A stretch of 52,119 bases of DNA from an uncultured Gammaproteobacteria bacterium. GTDB lineage: Bacteria > Patescibacteriota > Patescibacteriia > Patescibacteriales > GWC2-42-12. The notes under the pieces were generated by a model. The model worked only from the letters and a program-made list of their open reading frames with translations. It ran no database searches and was not told where the DNA came from. The position numbers were made by a program, and so were the translations under genes. Below, one piece after another: positions 19,129 through 28,515 of this stretch. The stretch is taken from positions 1-52,119 of the forward strand of contig CAYUHZ010000001.1 of the NCBI GenBank assembly GCA_964444625.1, written 5' to 3'. Within the stretch, counting starts at the first letter, position 1; each line of letters begins with the position of its first letter.

Positions 19129-19521
19129 ATGGCAGTTCGTATAGCTGGAGTAACAATCCCTAATGAAAAGAGAATAGAAATCGCTTTAACTTATATTTTT
19201 GGCATTGGTTTAACTCAGTCTCAAAAAATCCTAAAGCAAACCAAGGTAAATCCAAATAGCAGAGTTAAAGATTTATCGGAAGATGATATTAATAAATTAA
19301 GAGTTGTTGTGGAAAAACAATACCGAGTTGAAGGTGATTTAAAAAGGGATATTATCAGCAATATTAAAAGGCTTAAAGAAATTTCTAGTTATCGCGGATT
19401 AAGACATTCAAGAGGTTTGCCCGTAAGAGGACAGAGAACTAAAACTAATAATCGCACTGTTCGCGGAAATATCAGAAAAACTGCGATTTCCGGTAAAAAA
19501 CCGGCTGGTCAAAAAACCTAA
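19129..19521 (+). CDS. rpsM: 30S ribosomal protein S13
   Basis: [27 protein letters not shown] is a canonical S13 N-terminus. Confidence 0.95.
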   Translation: MAVRIAGVTIPNEKRIEIALTYIFGIGLTQSQKILKQTKVNPNSRVKDLSEDDINKLRVVVEKQYRVEGDLKRDIISNIKRLKEISSYRGLRHSRGLPVRGQRTKTNNRTVRGNIRKTAISGKKPAGQKT

Positions 19522-19531
19522 TTAATTTTAT

Positions 19532-20026
19532 ATGATTGAAGAACTAAACAAAATCAACGATCAATCAGGCGAACTCAGCAATCCTGAGCCTGCAGTTGCT
19601 CCTGTTGAAGGCAAAAAAACTTCCGATAAAAAAAGCAAAGCTACCAGCAAAAAAGGTAAAAAGAAGAAAGAAGAAAAAAGAATAACTATCGGCAAAGCTT
19701 ATATCAAGGCTACTTATAATAATACCATTGTTGCTTTGGCTGATCAAAGCGGTAATATAATCTCTTGGGCTAGCGCAGGAACTGCCGGATTCAAAGGACC
19801 AAAAAAATCAACACCATATGCAGCTCAAATAATAACAAAAATTGCCGTTGAAAAAGCAAAAACTTTCGGTTTGTCGGAAGTAAGCGTTTTCGTAAAGGGA
19901 GTTGGAACAGGTAGAGAATCTGCAATTAGGGCTTTGAATGCAAACGGCTTAAATATTAATTTAATCAAGGACGTAACTCCGATTCCACATAATGGATGCC
20001 GAGCCAAAAAACCAAGAAGGGTATAA
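19532..20026 (+). CDS. rpsK: 30S ribosomal protein S11 with a Lys-rich N-terminal extension
   Basis: The S11 core is [18 protein letters not shown]...[16 protein letters not shown]. About 45 extra N-terminal residues precede it. Confidence 0.9.
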   Translation: MIEELNKINDQSGELSNPEPAVAPVEGKKTSDKKSKATSKKGKKKKEEKRITIGKAYIKATYNNTIVALADQSGNIISWASAGTAGFKGPKKSTPYAAQIITKIAVEKAKTFGLSEVSVFVKGVGTGRESAIRALNANGLNINLIKDVTPIPHNGCRAKKPRRV

Positions 20027-20034
20027 ACAAAATT

Positions 20035-20664
20035 ATGAGTAAAAATCTTAGCCCAAAATGTAAATTATGTCGCCGAGAAGGAGAAAAGCTGATGTTAAAG
20101 GGTGAGCGTTGCGCTACTCCCAAATGCGCTTTAGTTAAAAAAAATTATCCGCCGGGACTTCATGGACCAAAGGGAAGAGGCAGACCGACCGGTTATAGCC
20201 TTCAGTTAAGAGAAAAACAAAAAGCAAAGAGAATTTACAATATTTTAGAGAAACAATTTGAAAATTCTTATAATAAAGCGATCAAAATGAAGGGCGATGT
20301 CGGAGAAAATTTGCTTGGATTGCTGGAAGCAAGGCTGGATAACGTGATCTATCGTTTAGGGTTAGCTGTTTCTCGCAGCCAAGCTAGAGAACTAGTAAGT
20401 CATGGTCATTTCTTGGTAAACAAAAAAAGGGTGAAAATTCCTTCTTATTTAGTGAAAACAGGAGAAATTATAACTATCAAGACCTCCAGCCAAAAGTCAA
20501 AGATTTTTTCTAATTTAAGCGAGAAGCTCAAAAAAAACAACCTACCAGGTTGGTTAAGCTTCAACACCCAAAATCTAGAAGCTAAAATATTAAATCTACC
20601 AAAAAAAGAAGATCTAGAAGCCAAGATTAACGTTCAGCTGATCATTGAGTTTTATTCAAGATAA
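20035..20664 (+). CDS. rpsD: 30S ribosomal protein S4
   Basis: ATG at 20035 (MSKNLSPKCKLCRREGEKL). S4 Zn-ribbon-like N-terminus and an S4 RNA-binding domain (RLDNVIYRLG). Confidence 0.9.
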   Translation: MSKNLSPKCKLCRREGEKLMLKGERCATPKCALVKKNYPPGLHGPKGRGRPTGYSLQLREKQKAKRIYNILEKQFENSYNKAIKMKGDVGENLLGLLEARLDNVIYRLGLAVSRSQARELVSHGHFLVNKKRVKIPSYLVKTGEIITIKTSSQKSKIFSNLSEKLKKNNLPGWLSFNTQNLEAKILNLPKKEDLEAKINVQLIIEFYSR

Positions 20665-20724
20665 ATTAATTAATTAAAGGTCAACAGGGAATAATATTTA
20701 TTTTCCCTTAAACCAGGTGAAAAT

Positions 20725-21564
20725 ATGCAACAAATCGCCTTGCCAAAAAAAATCGAATTTATAGAAGGCGAGAAGCCTAATCATAAACAAGTAATTATAG
20801 GGCCTTGCTATCCTGGTTATGGCGCCACATTAGGCAATGCTTTAAGAAGAGTAATGCTATCGTCCTTGCCTGGAGCAGCGGTGGTAGGTGTAAAAATCAA
20901 AGGAGCCAGCCATGAATTTATGACTCTCCCTCACATTAAAGAAGATATGCTCCAGATTGTTTTATCTTTAAAAAGACTCCGTTTAAAAATTCATGGAAAT
21001 GAAGAAGTTGTTAAACTCGAGTTATCAGTTCATGGAGAAAAAGAGGTAACCGCAAAAGATATTATCAAAAATAGCCAAGCAGAAATAATAAATCCTGATT
21101 TAACAATCGCCCACATTACTGATATGGCTGGTAGTTTAGTAATGGAAATTTTTGCTACAAGAGGCAGGGGATATGAAACGAACGAAAGTCGTGAAAACCA
21201 AAAAAATGAACTAGGCTATATCGAAATAGACTCAATATATTCTCCGGTGTTAGCGGTTGGCATAAAAATAGAAAATGTCAGAGTTGGGAAAATGACGAAT
21301 TGGGATAAATTAATAATGGATATTATCACAGACGGAACAATAACTCCTGAATACGCTTTTAGTGAAACAAACGATATTTTAATTAAGCAGTTTGTTTCTT
21401 TGGAAGAAATCTTAAAAGAAGCTAATGATGAGAAAATAGACGACTCCCAACCAACAGAAGAAACTGTTGAAATAACCGAAAAAACCGAAAGTAAAGGCGA
21501 AGAAATAACCCATGTCAATGATGAAGTCGAAAAGAAAAAACGAGGCAGGCCAAAAAAGTCATAA
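20725..21564 (+). CDS. rpoA: DNA-directed RNA polymerase alpha subunit, N-terminal domain only, with an acidic tail ending in an AT-hook
   Basis: The alpha-NTD blocks GYGATLGNALRRVMLSS and RGRGY are present. There is no LELSVRSANCL-type alpha-CTD. The tail ends in KKKRGRPKKS. Confidence 0.9.
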   Translation: MQQIALPKKIEFIEGEKPNHKQVIIGPCYPGYGATLGNALRRVMLSSLPGAAVVGVKIKGASHEFMTLPHIKEDMLQIVLSLKRLRLKIHGNEEVVKLELSVHGEKEVTAKDIIKNSQAEIINPDLTIAHITDMAGSLVMEIFATRGRGYETNESRENQKNELGYIEIDSIYSPVLAVGIKIENVRVGKMTNWDKLIMDIITDGTITPEYAFSETNDILIKQFVSLEEILKEANDEKIDDSQPTEETVEITEKTESKGEEITHVNDEVEKKKRGRPKKS

Positions 21565-21581
21565 ATAAAAACAATCTTTAT

Positions 21582-21932
21582 ATGAGACACAGAAAAAAAA
21601 GCACAACTCTCGATCGACAAAAGGCACCACGTAAGGCAATGCTGAATAATCTAGCAGCTAGTGTTATTTTATATGAAAAAGTGACAACCACCAAAGCTAA
21701 AGCAAAGGCAGTGAAGCCGTTGGTTGAGAAAATTATTACCCTATCAAAAAAGAACGACCTTACTGCAAAAAAAGCCGTAATTTCCATGTTGGCTCAAAAG
21801 AATGCTGTTAAAAAAACTTTTGAAGTCTTGAATAAAAGATATGCGAAAAAAATCGGTGGCTATACCAGGATTACCAAATTAGGCACAAGGCAAGGCGATG
21901 GAGCTGAAATCGCTCAAATAGAATTAGTTTAA
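21582..21932 (+). CDS. rplQ: 50S ribosomal protein L17
   Basis: MRHRKKSTTLDRQKAPRKAML is a canonical L17 N-terminus. Confidence 0.9.
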   Translation: MRHRKKSTTLDRQKAPRKAMLNNLAASVILYEKVTTTKAKAKAVKPLVEKIITLSKKNDLTAKKAVISMLAQKNAVKKTFEVLNKRYAKKIGGYTRITKLGTRQGDGAEIAQIELV

Positions 21933-21936
21933 AATT

Positions 21937-22296
21937 ATGGAAAAAAACAAGTTAAACATTCATAAAATAGACGCTGAAGGGAAATCGCTAGGCAGGCTGG
22001 CGACTCAAATTTCTATTTTATTAAGAGGCAAACAGAATCCTGAGTATTTGCCAAATGTAGACCAGGGACAAATAGTCCATGTGATAAATGCTTCTAAATT
22101 AAAAATCGGCATTAAAAAATCTATTCAGAAAAATTACTTTCATTTTTCTGGACATCCTGGTGGCTTAAAGAAAACCAAGCTGGGTGATTTAAATATTAAA
22201 AAACCGACTGAGGCGCTTTATCGAGCGGTCAAACAAATGCTCGCGCCCAACAAGATGAGAAAAATATTTTTGCAACGTTTAATTATAAAAAGTTAA
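21937..22296 (+). CDS. rplM: 50S ribosomal protein L13 (short, 119 aa)
   Basis: Contains the L13 block IDAEGKSLGRLATQISILLRGK. Confidence 0.85.
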   Translation: MEKNKLNIHKIDAEGKSLGRLATQISILLRGKQNPEYLPNVDQGQIVHVINASKLKIGIKKSIQKNYFHFSGHPGGLKKTKLGDLNIKKPTEALYRAVKQMLAPNKMRKIFLQRLIIKS

Positions 22297-22304
22297 TCAA
22301 TTTT

Positions 22305-22745
22305 ATGAAAGCAGAGGATAAAAATATCAAACCCACCGAAGAAATTGCAAAATTCAAAGGCAAATATTTATCGGCTACCGGCAGAAGAAAAACTGCTGTT
22401 GCCAGAGTCAGGTTATATAAAAACGGCAACGGAACAATTAATATCAACGGTAAAGATATAAATGAATATTTCACAATTGATATAAGAAGCGCTGTTTTTC
22501 AACCATTAAAACAAACCAGTCATACCAAGGATGTTAACTTGTCAATTTTTGTTAATGGTGGAGGAAAAATTGCTCAAGCTGAAGCCTGCAGGCATGCAAT
22601 TTGCCAAATTCTATTAAAAACTGAAGAAGATATAAGACCGACCTTGAAAGCCAAGGGTTGGCTGACCAGAGATGCGAGAAAGAAAGAAAGAAAGAAACCT
22701 GGTTTAAAAAAAGCGAGAAGAGCGCCACAATGGAGTAAGCGTTAA
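22305..22745 (+). CDS. rpsI: 30S ribosomal protein S9
   Basis: ATGRRKTAVARVRL and the C-terminal ARRAPQWSKR are typical of S9. Confidence 0.9.
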   Translation: MKAEDKNIKPTEEIAKFKGKYLSATGRRKTAVARVRLYKNGNGTININGKDINEYFTIDIRSAVFQPLKQTSHTKDVNLSIFVNGGGKIAQAEACRHAICQILLKTEEDIRPTLKAKGWLTRDARKKERKKPGLKKARRAPQWSKR

Positions 22746-22761
22746 AAAATAAATTTATTAT

Positions 22762-22790
22762 AAAACCACTGTTAAAATGCAGTGGTTTTA
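22762..22790 (+). terminator. Intrinsic terminator after rpsI
   Basis: aaaaccactg / cagtggtttt forms a 10-bp stem with an 8-nt loop, and the T-run is at the 3' side. Confidence 0.6.
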
Positions 22791-22799
22791 TGGTATAAT
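22791..22799 (+). promoter_or_regulatory. Extended -10 element (TGgTATAAT) upstream of the flippase gene
   Basis: TGGTATAAT lies 26 nt upstream of the ATG at 22825. Confidence 0.4.
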
Positions 22800-22824
22800 A
22801 AAAATGCTGTTTTAAGCAATTTTT

Positions 22825-24270
22825 ATGCCTGAAAAAATCAACAATATAGCGCGTAATACATCTTTTTTTACTTTTGCTTTGATTTTGCAAAAAATTATTT
22901 CATTTACCTACTTCACCTTAATAGCACGCACGTTAGGACCTGAAGATCTTGGTAAATATTATTTTGCCATTTCCTTTGCCGCTCTCTTTAGTGTTTTTAT
23001 TGATTTTGGATTAAGCAATGCTTTAACCCGTGAGATTCCCAAAAAAAATAAATCTGCCAGCCAACTATTATCCAACTCTCTGCTGATAAAAGCATTATTT
23101 TCTTTCATAACCATTATTGTAGTATTTTTGATTGTTAACGTCGGCGATTACTCGGATTTAATAAAAACTTTGATCTATTTTTCTTTGATTTGCGTTATTC
23201 TTGATTCTTTCAGCTCAACTTTCTTTGCCGTTACCAGGGGATTCCACAATTTATTATACGAAAGCATTGCCTCGGTTATTTTTCAATTAATCGTGCTGAT
23301 ATTTGGTTTAGTCGTTATAAATCAACAGCTTGGTTTAATTTGGCTGATCGGCTCCCTGATAAGCGCTAGCACCTTTAATTTCTTTTTTTCTTTATCAGTT
23401 CTAAAAATTAAATGGAAGCTTAAATTAACCTTCGGTTTAGATAAAAAAATATTGACTTATCTGCTCGCCTTATCACTGCCATTTGCTTTATACGCGATTT
23501 ATCAGCGCTTTTACGCTTACTTTGACACTGTTCTACTTTCTCATCTTGCCACGGATCGCGATGTTGGCATTTACCAAATTGCTTTCAAGATTGTGAATGC
23601 ATTGCAATTCTTGCCGCTAGCTTTCACCGCCTCTCTTTATCCGGCCATGAGCTCATATTGGCAAAACAATCGAGAACAGCTGGCAATTACCTTTGAACGC
23701 TCGATTAAATACCTGTTAATTATTGTTTTGCCAATTTCTGCCGGAATTTTAATTTTAGCTGACAAGATAATTTTACTTTTCAAAGAAGGTTTTAGCGATG
23801 CTGTTATTCCCTTGCAACTTAATATGGTGGCTTTAATTTTTATTTTTTTAAATTATCCAGTCGGTTCTCTTCTCAACGCCTGCGATCGGCAAAAAACTAA
23901 TACAAAAAACATGTTTATCACCTTGATAGCCAGCATAATTTTAAATATTATTTTAATACCTCAGGCCAAATCAGTTGGCGCCAGCTTAACGGTTGTCTTT
24001 AGCAATGCATTAATGCTTATTCTCGGTTTGACCTACGTTCCTCAAATTATAAAATATAGCAGCAAAAGTATTATTTTAATTTTTTTAAAAACATTAACAG
24101 CTAGTATACTGATGGCTCTATCTGTTTGGTTGCTCAAAAGCCAACTATCAATTTTCTTGGTGACGATTATCGGCGCCTTTATCTACTTCTTGCTGCTTTT
24201 TTTCCTAGGAGGAATCAAGAAAGACGATGTTGTCAGCATTTGGCGTACCTTTTCCAAAAAACAAAACTAA
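22825..24270 (+). CDS. Polysaccharide flippase (MOP/Wzx family)
   Basis: 481 aa with about 12-14 hydrophobic helices. The N-terminus has Wzx-like organisation (ARNTSFFTFALILQKIISF). Confidence 0.75.
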   Translation: MPEKINNIARNTSFFTFALILQKIISFTYFTLIARTLGPEDLGKYYFAISFAALFSVFIDFGLSNALTREIPKKNKSASQLLSNSLLIKALFSFITIIVVFLIVNVGDYSDLIKTLIYFSLICVILDSFSSTFFAVTRGFHNLLYESIASVIFQLIVLIFGLVVINQQLGLIWLIGSLISASTFNFFFSLSVLKIKWKLKLTFGLDKKILTYLLALSLPFALYAIYQRFYAYFDTVLLSHLATDRDVGIYQIAFKIVNALQFLPLAFTASLYPAMSSYWQNNREQLAITFERSIKYLLIIVLPISAGILILADKIILLFKEGFSDAVIPLQLNMVALIFIFLNYPVGSLLNACDRQKTNTKNMFITLIASIILNIILIPQAKSVGASLTVVFSNALMLILGLTYVPQIIKYSSKSIILIFLKTLTASILMALSVWLLKSQLSIFLVTIIGAFIYFLLLFFLGGIKKDDVVSIWRTFSKKQN

Positions 24271-24282
24271 TTGATTTTATTT

Positions 24283-25446
24283 ATGAAAACTTTACTCTTC
24301 ACTTTGGAATATCCACCTTTCAGGGGCGGAGTGGCGAATTATTACGGTAACTTGGTTAGCTATTGGAAGTCATACTTACAACTTAAACACCCGAAACAAA
24401 ATATTATTCGCTCTGAAGCATTAGATGACAATATCTCGGTTCTTGACAATAACAAAGGTGAATTAATAAGCAATTATCTTCCTTTTTTCCGCTGGCTGCC
24501 AGCTATCAGGGAATTAAACGATCGTATTAAGAGGCACAAAATAGAATATGTGCTGGTTGGTCATGTCTTGCCTTTAGGGACGGTAGCTTTCTTGCTAAAA
24601 AAATATTATCACTTTCGAGGAAAAGAAATCAACTACTCGGTATTTTTCCATGGCATGGATCTAAGCTTCGCTTTCAGATACTGGCTGAAGCGCCAGATCG
24701 CCAAACAAGTCATTAAATCAGCCGATAGCCTAATTTGCACCAATTACTATGTGGCTAATCTTTTAAGAAACGTCTTGAGCAATAATTACTGGCACAAAAT
24801 CCAAGTTGTCAACCCGGGAGTTGACAACTTGGTGGTAATGCTCGAAGATTCAACTATCAATAAAATCAAACAGGAATATCGGTTAGTTAATAAATTAGTT
24901 ATGTTCAGCCTGGGACGATTAGTTAAAAGAAAAGGCTTTGATATGGTGATTGAAGCTCTGCCTCAAGCCAACAAGACGGTTCCCAATTTGGTGTATGTTA
25001 TCGCCGGCGCCGGCCCGGATGAATTATATTTAAAGAATTTAGCTAAAGAAAAAAAAGTTGAAAATGTGATTTTTCTGGGAGAAATAAGCGAACGCGATAA
25101 ATGGGTTTGGTTTGATATCTGCGATTTTTTTATCATGACTTCGCGCGACATCAACGGTGATTTCGAAGGCTTCGGCATAGTATATCTTGAAGCCAATCTT
25201 CTAGGAAAACCTGTTATTGCCGGATCATCAGGCGGAGTTAACGACGCGGTAGTTAACGGATATAACGGCATTACTGTAAATTCAGAAGATAGCCACAGCA
25301 TTGCCAAGGGGATTATTAGATTTGCGGAAAACAATGAATGGAGAAAAAAATTAGGCCTTCAAGGAAAAGAAAGAGTACGAAACGAATTTAATTGGGAAAA
25401 ACAAATTGATAAAATCTACAAAATTATTGAAAGAAAATCTTTATGA
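24283..25446 (+). CDS. Family 4 (GT-B) glycosyltransferase
   Basis: ATG at 24283 (MKTLLFTLEYPP). The C-terminal block is FEGFGIVYLEANLLGKPVIAGSSGG. Confidence 0.8.
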   Translation: MKTLLFTLEYPPFRGGVANYYGNLVSYWKSYLQLKHPKQNIIRSEALDDNISVLDNNKGELISNYLPFFRWLPAIRELNDRIKRHKIEYVLVGHVLPLGTVAFLLKKYYHFRGKEINYSVFFHGMDLSFAFRYWLKRQIAKQVIKSADSLICTNYYVANLLRNVLSNNYWHKIQVVNPGVDNLVVMLEDSTINKIKQEYRLVNKLVMFSLGRLVKRKGFDMVIEALPQANKTVPNLVYVIAGAGPDELYLKNLAKEKKVENVIFLGEISERDKWVWFDICDFFIMTSRDINGDFEGFGIVYLEANLLGKPVIAGSSGGVNDAVVNGYNGITVNSEDSHSIAKGIIRFAENNEWRKKLGLQGKERVRNEFNWEKQIDKIYKIIERKSL

Positions 25447-26129
25447 TATCAATTATTATTCCGGTTTTTAACCAAGCAAAAAAACTAGACAATTGTCTTA
25501 AATCAATAAAAAATCAAATTTATAACAACTACCAAATTATAATCGTTAATGATGGCTCAACTGATAATATTGGCGAGATTGTAAAAAAACACCTGGACTA
25601 TTTCAATTTTCGTCTAAAAATAATTGATCAAAAAAATCAAGGATCTAATAACGCTAGAAATAGGGGTGCTAAATCAGCCCAAGGAGAATTCTTGCTTTTT
25701 TGCGATGCAGACATAGAACTTTACCCAAAGATGCTGGAAAAAATGCACCAAGCGCTAGAGACAAACCACAATGCTAGTTATGCATATTGTTCTTTTTTTT
25801 GGGGTAACAAAAAATTTGGTTTAAACTCTTTCGACCCTGATAAGCTGAAACAAATGCCTTACATCCATACCACCTCTCTGATCAGACGCGAGCATTTTCC
25901 ATATTTTGATACATCGATAAAAAGATTCCAAGATTGGGATCTGTGGTTGACAATGCTTGAACAAGGAAGAAGCGGCGTCTGGGTAAACGAATTTTTATTT
26001 AAAGTAGCCACCGGAGGAACTATCAGTAACTGGCTGCCATCGTTTTTTTATAAATTTTTTCCTTTTCTGCCTTCGGTGAAAAAATATCACGAATCAGTTC
26101 AAATTATTAAAGAAAAACATGGAATTTAG
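25443..26129 (+). CDS. Family 2 glycosyltransferase
   Basis: Motifs ISIIIPVFNQ, IIIVNDGSTD and FCDADI (DxD). The start overlaps the upstream stop (ATGA). Confidence 0.8.
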   Translation: MISIIIPVFNQAKKLDNCLKSIKNQIYNNYQIIIVNDGSTDNIGEIVKKHLDYFNFRLKIIDQKNQGSNNARNRGAKSAQGEFLLFCDADIELYPKMLEKMHQALETNHNASYAYCSFFWGNKKFGLNSFDPDKLKQMPYIHTTSLIRREHFPYFDTSIKRFQDWDLWLTMLEQGRSGVWVNEFLFKVATGGTISNWLPSFFYKFFPFLPSVKKYHESVQIIKEKHGI

Positions 26130-26583
26130 AAAATTTTTTTCTAAAAAATATTTTTTTTTAACGATTCTTGGACTTCTCTTTATCCTTGCTGGTTGTCGAG
26201 CTCAAGATCGCTCCTCAACTTCAGAACTTAAAAAAGTATTTATTAAAAACCAATATTTTTTAGTAGAAATAGCTGACTCACCGAATGAACAGAAAATCGG
26301 TTTAAGCGAGCGAGCAAACCTACCATTAAATACGGGCATGCTGTTTGTTTTTCCTGACAAAAAAAATCGATCTTTTTGGATGAAAAAAATGAAATTTCCG
26401 ATAGATATTATCTGGATTAAAGACAATGAAATTGTGAAGATAGACAAAAATCTGACCCCAGAAGGAGATCTTCCAGAATCAACCTATACCTCCAATTCAC
26501 TGGTTGACCTAGTACTTGAAATTAACGGTGGTTTATCAGATAAATATAAATTTAAAATAGGTGATAAGGTAGCAATTGAATAA
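26119..26583 (+). CDS. DUF192 domain lipoprotein
   Basis: Lipobox LLFILAGC and the DUF192-like block GMLFVFPDKKNRSFWMKKMKFPIDIIWI. Confidence 0.6.
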   Translation: MEFRKFFSKKYFFLTILGLLFILAGCRAQDRSSTSELKKVFIKNQYFLVEIADSPNEQKIGLSERANLPLNTGMLFVFPDKKNRSFWMKKMKFPIDIIWIKDNEIVKIDKNLTPEGDLPESTYTSNSLVDLVLEINGGLSDKYKFKIGDKVAIE

Positions 26584-26608
26584 AAAAAGGGCGCCCTTAG
26601 GGGCACCC
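26582..26608 (-). terminator. Intrinsic terminator for the 93-aa minus-strand gene
   Basis: The stem gggcgccc / gggcaccc is 8 bp with 1 mismatch and has a 4-nt loop. On the minus strand it is followed by TTTTTTT (plus-strand A7 at 26582-26588). Confidence 0.5.
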
Positions 26609-26878
26609 CGAAGTTATCAAGCGAATTCGCCAAGGCTTGATACCCATGGCTAAAGTTTTTTTAATAATCTCTTGGTTTTCTCTAGCTTCGTCCAGAAACT
26701 TTAAAATATCAACCTTTAATCCAAAAATACCATAAACCAATTCCTCGACAGCATAGAGTTGTAATACGTTGGCATAAATCGCCTTGCCTTCCTTAAATAA
26801 ACTCAGCATTTTTTTCTGCTCTTGGCTAAGCCCAAAAAAAGCCAAGAAACAACAAAAGCGATATTCAAAAAGTCCCAT
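26597..26878 (-). CDS. Hypothetical protein (93 aa)
   Basis: A strong Shine-Dalgarno (aggaggg) lies 5 nt upstream of the ATG. The stop codon sits in the loop of a GC-rich hairpin followed by a T7 tract. I did not recognise a family. Confidence 0.45.
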   Translation of the reverse strand: MGLFEYRFCCFLAFFGLSQEQKKMLSLFKEGKAIYANVLQLYAVEELVYGIFGLKVDILKFLDEARENQEIIKKTLAMGIKPWRIRLITSGCP

Positions 26879-26927
26879 TTTACCCTCCTGCGATTATTTT
26901 TAAAAAATATAGCATTAAATCTTAAAA

Positions 26928-28433
26928 ATGCCAATACTTGACTGGAAAAAAATTAGGCTAATATTCCTAATCATAATATTAATTGAACTACTTTCATACG
27001 TTGGGTACTTTTTTACGATTATAAATCAACTTTTATTTTTTATAATAGCGATATTGTTTTTTTTGATTTGTTTAAAAAAAATAGAATATGGATTACTCAT
27101 TATTTTTGCTGAATTATTCATCGGCTCAAAAGGCTATTTATTCTATTTTGAAAATGATAATTTCTTCATCTCCATTCGGATAGCTTGTTTTTTAATTTTT
27201 GCAATACTATGGTTAGGAAAAAATGTCGTTAATCTTTCAGCTTTTAAATTATTTTTCACTTCACTCAAAACTAGTAAATATTTCTATTATTATCTTGTTT
27301 TATTTTTATCTATAAGCTGGGGTGTTATTAACGGTTTGCTAAACTATAACGGATTTAACAATATTTTTTTTGATGCTAACGGCTGGCTGTTTTTCTTTTT
27401 ATTACTGCCGGCTTACCAGTTATTACACAACAAAAAAACTCAAACCGATTTTGCCAATTTATTCCTAGCGGCTCTGGGTTGGTTGGTGCTAAAAACTTTT
27501 CTCCTGTTGTTTATATTTTCGCATGATGCTAATGGATTCTTTTCTTATTTTATTTACCGTTGGGTCAGGGAGAGCGGAGTAGGGGAGATAACTCAAATTA
27601 CCCATGGTTTCTACCGAATTTTTATCCAGTCGCAAATTTTTCTAATTTTTGCCTTTTTTCTATCCCTTTTTAAAGCAATTAATGATTTAGAAATTAGTTG
27701 GACAAAAAATATCAATCGAAATTTTTTATTTGGTCTTGTGTTTGCTTCTAGTTGTTTGGCGGTTTTGCTGATTAGTTTTTCCCGTAGTTTTTGGCTCGGT
27801 CTAATAGGCGCTATTTTTGCGGTATTTATATTCTTTATATCCAAGAATAATTATCGCCAGCAGATATTAAAAATTGTTATTCTCACTTTATCTATTTTTT
27901 CCATCGGTCTTTTTTTATTGATCTTTACTGTTAAATTTCCCTATCCAAAGACCAATCTGGATATTAACGCCGGTTATTTGCTGCAGCAAAGAGCGACTCA
28001 ATTCTCGGATGAGGCCGGTGCTGCCTCTCGTTGGCAACTCCTACCACCTTTGCTGAAAAAAAATCTACAAAACCCGATTTTAGGGCATGGTTTTGGATCT
28101 ACCGTCAGTTACCAAACGCGAGATCCTAGAATATTAGAGAATAATCCAAGCGGATTTTATACTACTTACTCATTTGAATGGGGCTGGTTAGACATCTGGC
28201 TAAAACTCGGCTTAATCGGTTTATTGTCTTATCTTGCCTTATGTTGCAAAATTATCTACGATTATTTAAAATCTGGTTGGCAAGATGGCAACTGGTTTTA
28301 TTTATCGCTTGGATTTAGTCTTTTAGCTGTTGTCGGTATCCACAATTTCAGCCCTTATCTAAACCACCCGCTTGGAATCAGTTGTTTGATTTTATTAACT
28401 ATTTTTTTAGAAAAACCAGTAAACAGACTATAA
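26928..28433 (+). CDS. O-antigen ligase/polymerase family (Wzy_C) membrane protein
   Basis: 501 aa and polytopic. Contains SFSRSFWLGLIG and GHGFGS blocks and a large extracytoplasmic loop. Confidence 0.7.
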   Translation: MPILDWKKIRLIFLIIILIELLSYVGYFFTIINQLLFFIIAILFFLICLKKIEYGLLIIFAELFIGSKGYLFYFENDNFFISIRIACFLIFAILWLGKNVVNLSAFKLFFTSLKTSKYFYYYLVLFLSISWGVINGLLNYNGFNNIFFDANGWLFFFLLLPAYQLLHNKKTQTDFANLFLAALGWLVLKTFLLLFIFSHDANGFFSYFIYRWVRESGVGEITQITHGFYRIFIQSQIFLIFAFFLSLFKAINDLEISWTKNINRNFLFGLVFASSCLAVLLISFSRSFWLGLIGAIFAVFIFFISKNNYRQQILKIVILTLSIFSIGLFLLIFTVKFPYPKTNLDINAGYLLQQRATQFSDEAGAASRWQLLPPLLKKNLQNPILGHGFGSTVSYQTRDPRILENNPSGFYTTYSFEWGWLDIWLKLGLIGLLSYLALCCKIIYDYLKSGWQDGNWFYLSLGFSLLAVVGIHNFSPYLNHPLGISCLILLTIFLEKPVNRL

Positions 28434-28515
28434 AAGTTATCCCCAAAAAAAGCTTGCTTTTATTTCTCCGTTTGTGTATATTTTATGTTATGTAAAATAA
28501 ACAATTATAATAAAT

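Noticed and set aside
20686-20708. A small hairpin (agggaa/ttccct) between rpsD and rpoA as an attenuator.
   Set aside because: It has only a 6-bp stem with an 11-nt loop and no T-tract. That is too weak to call without conservation data.
21216-21787. Minus-strand ORFs of 134 aa and 69 aa opposite rpoA and rplQ.
   Set aside because: They are antisense to highly conserved genes and have a low-complexity S/F/I-rich composition.
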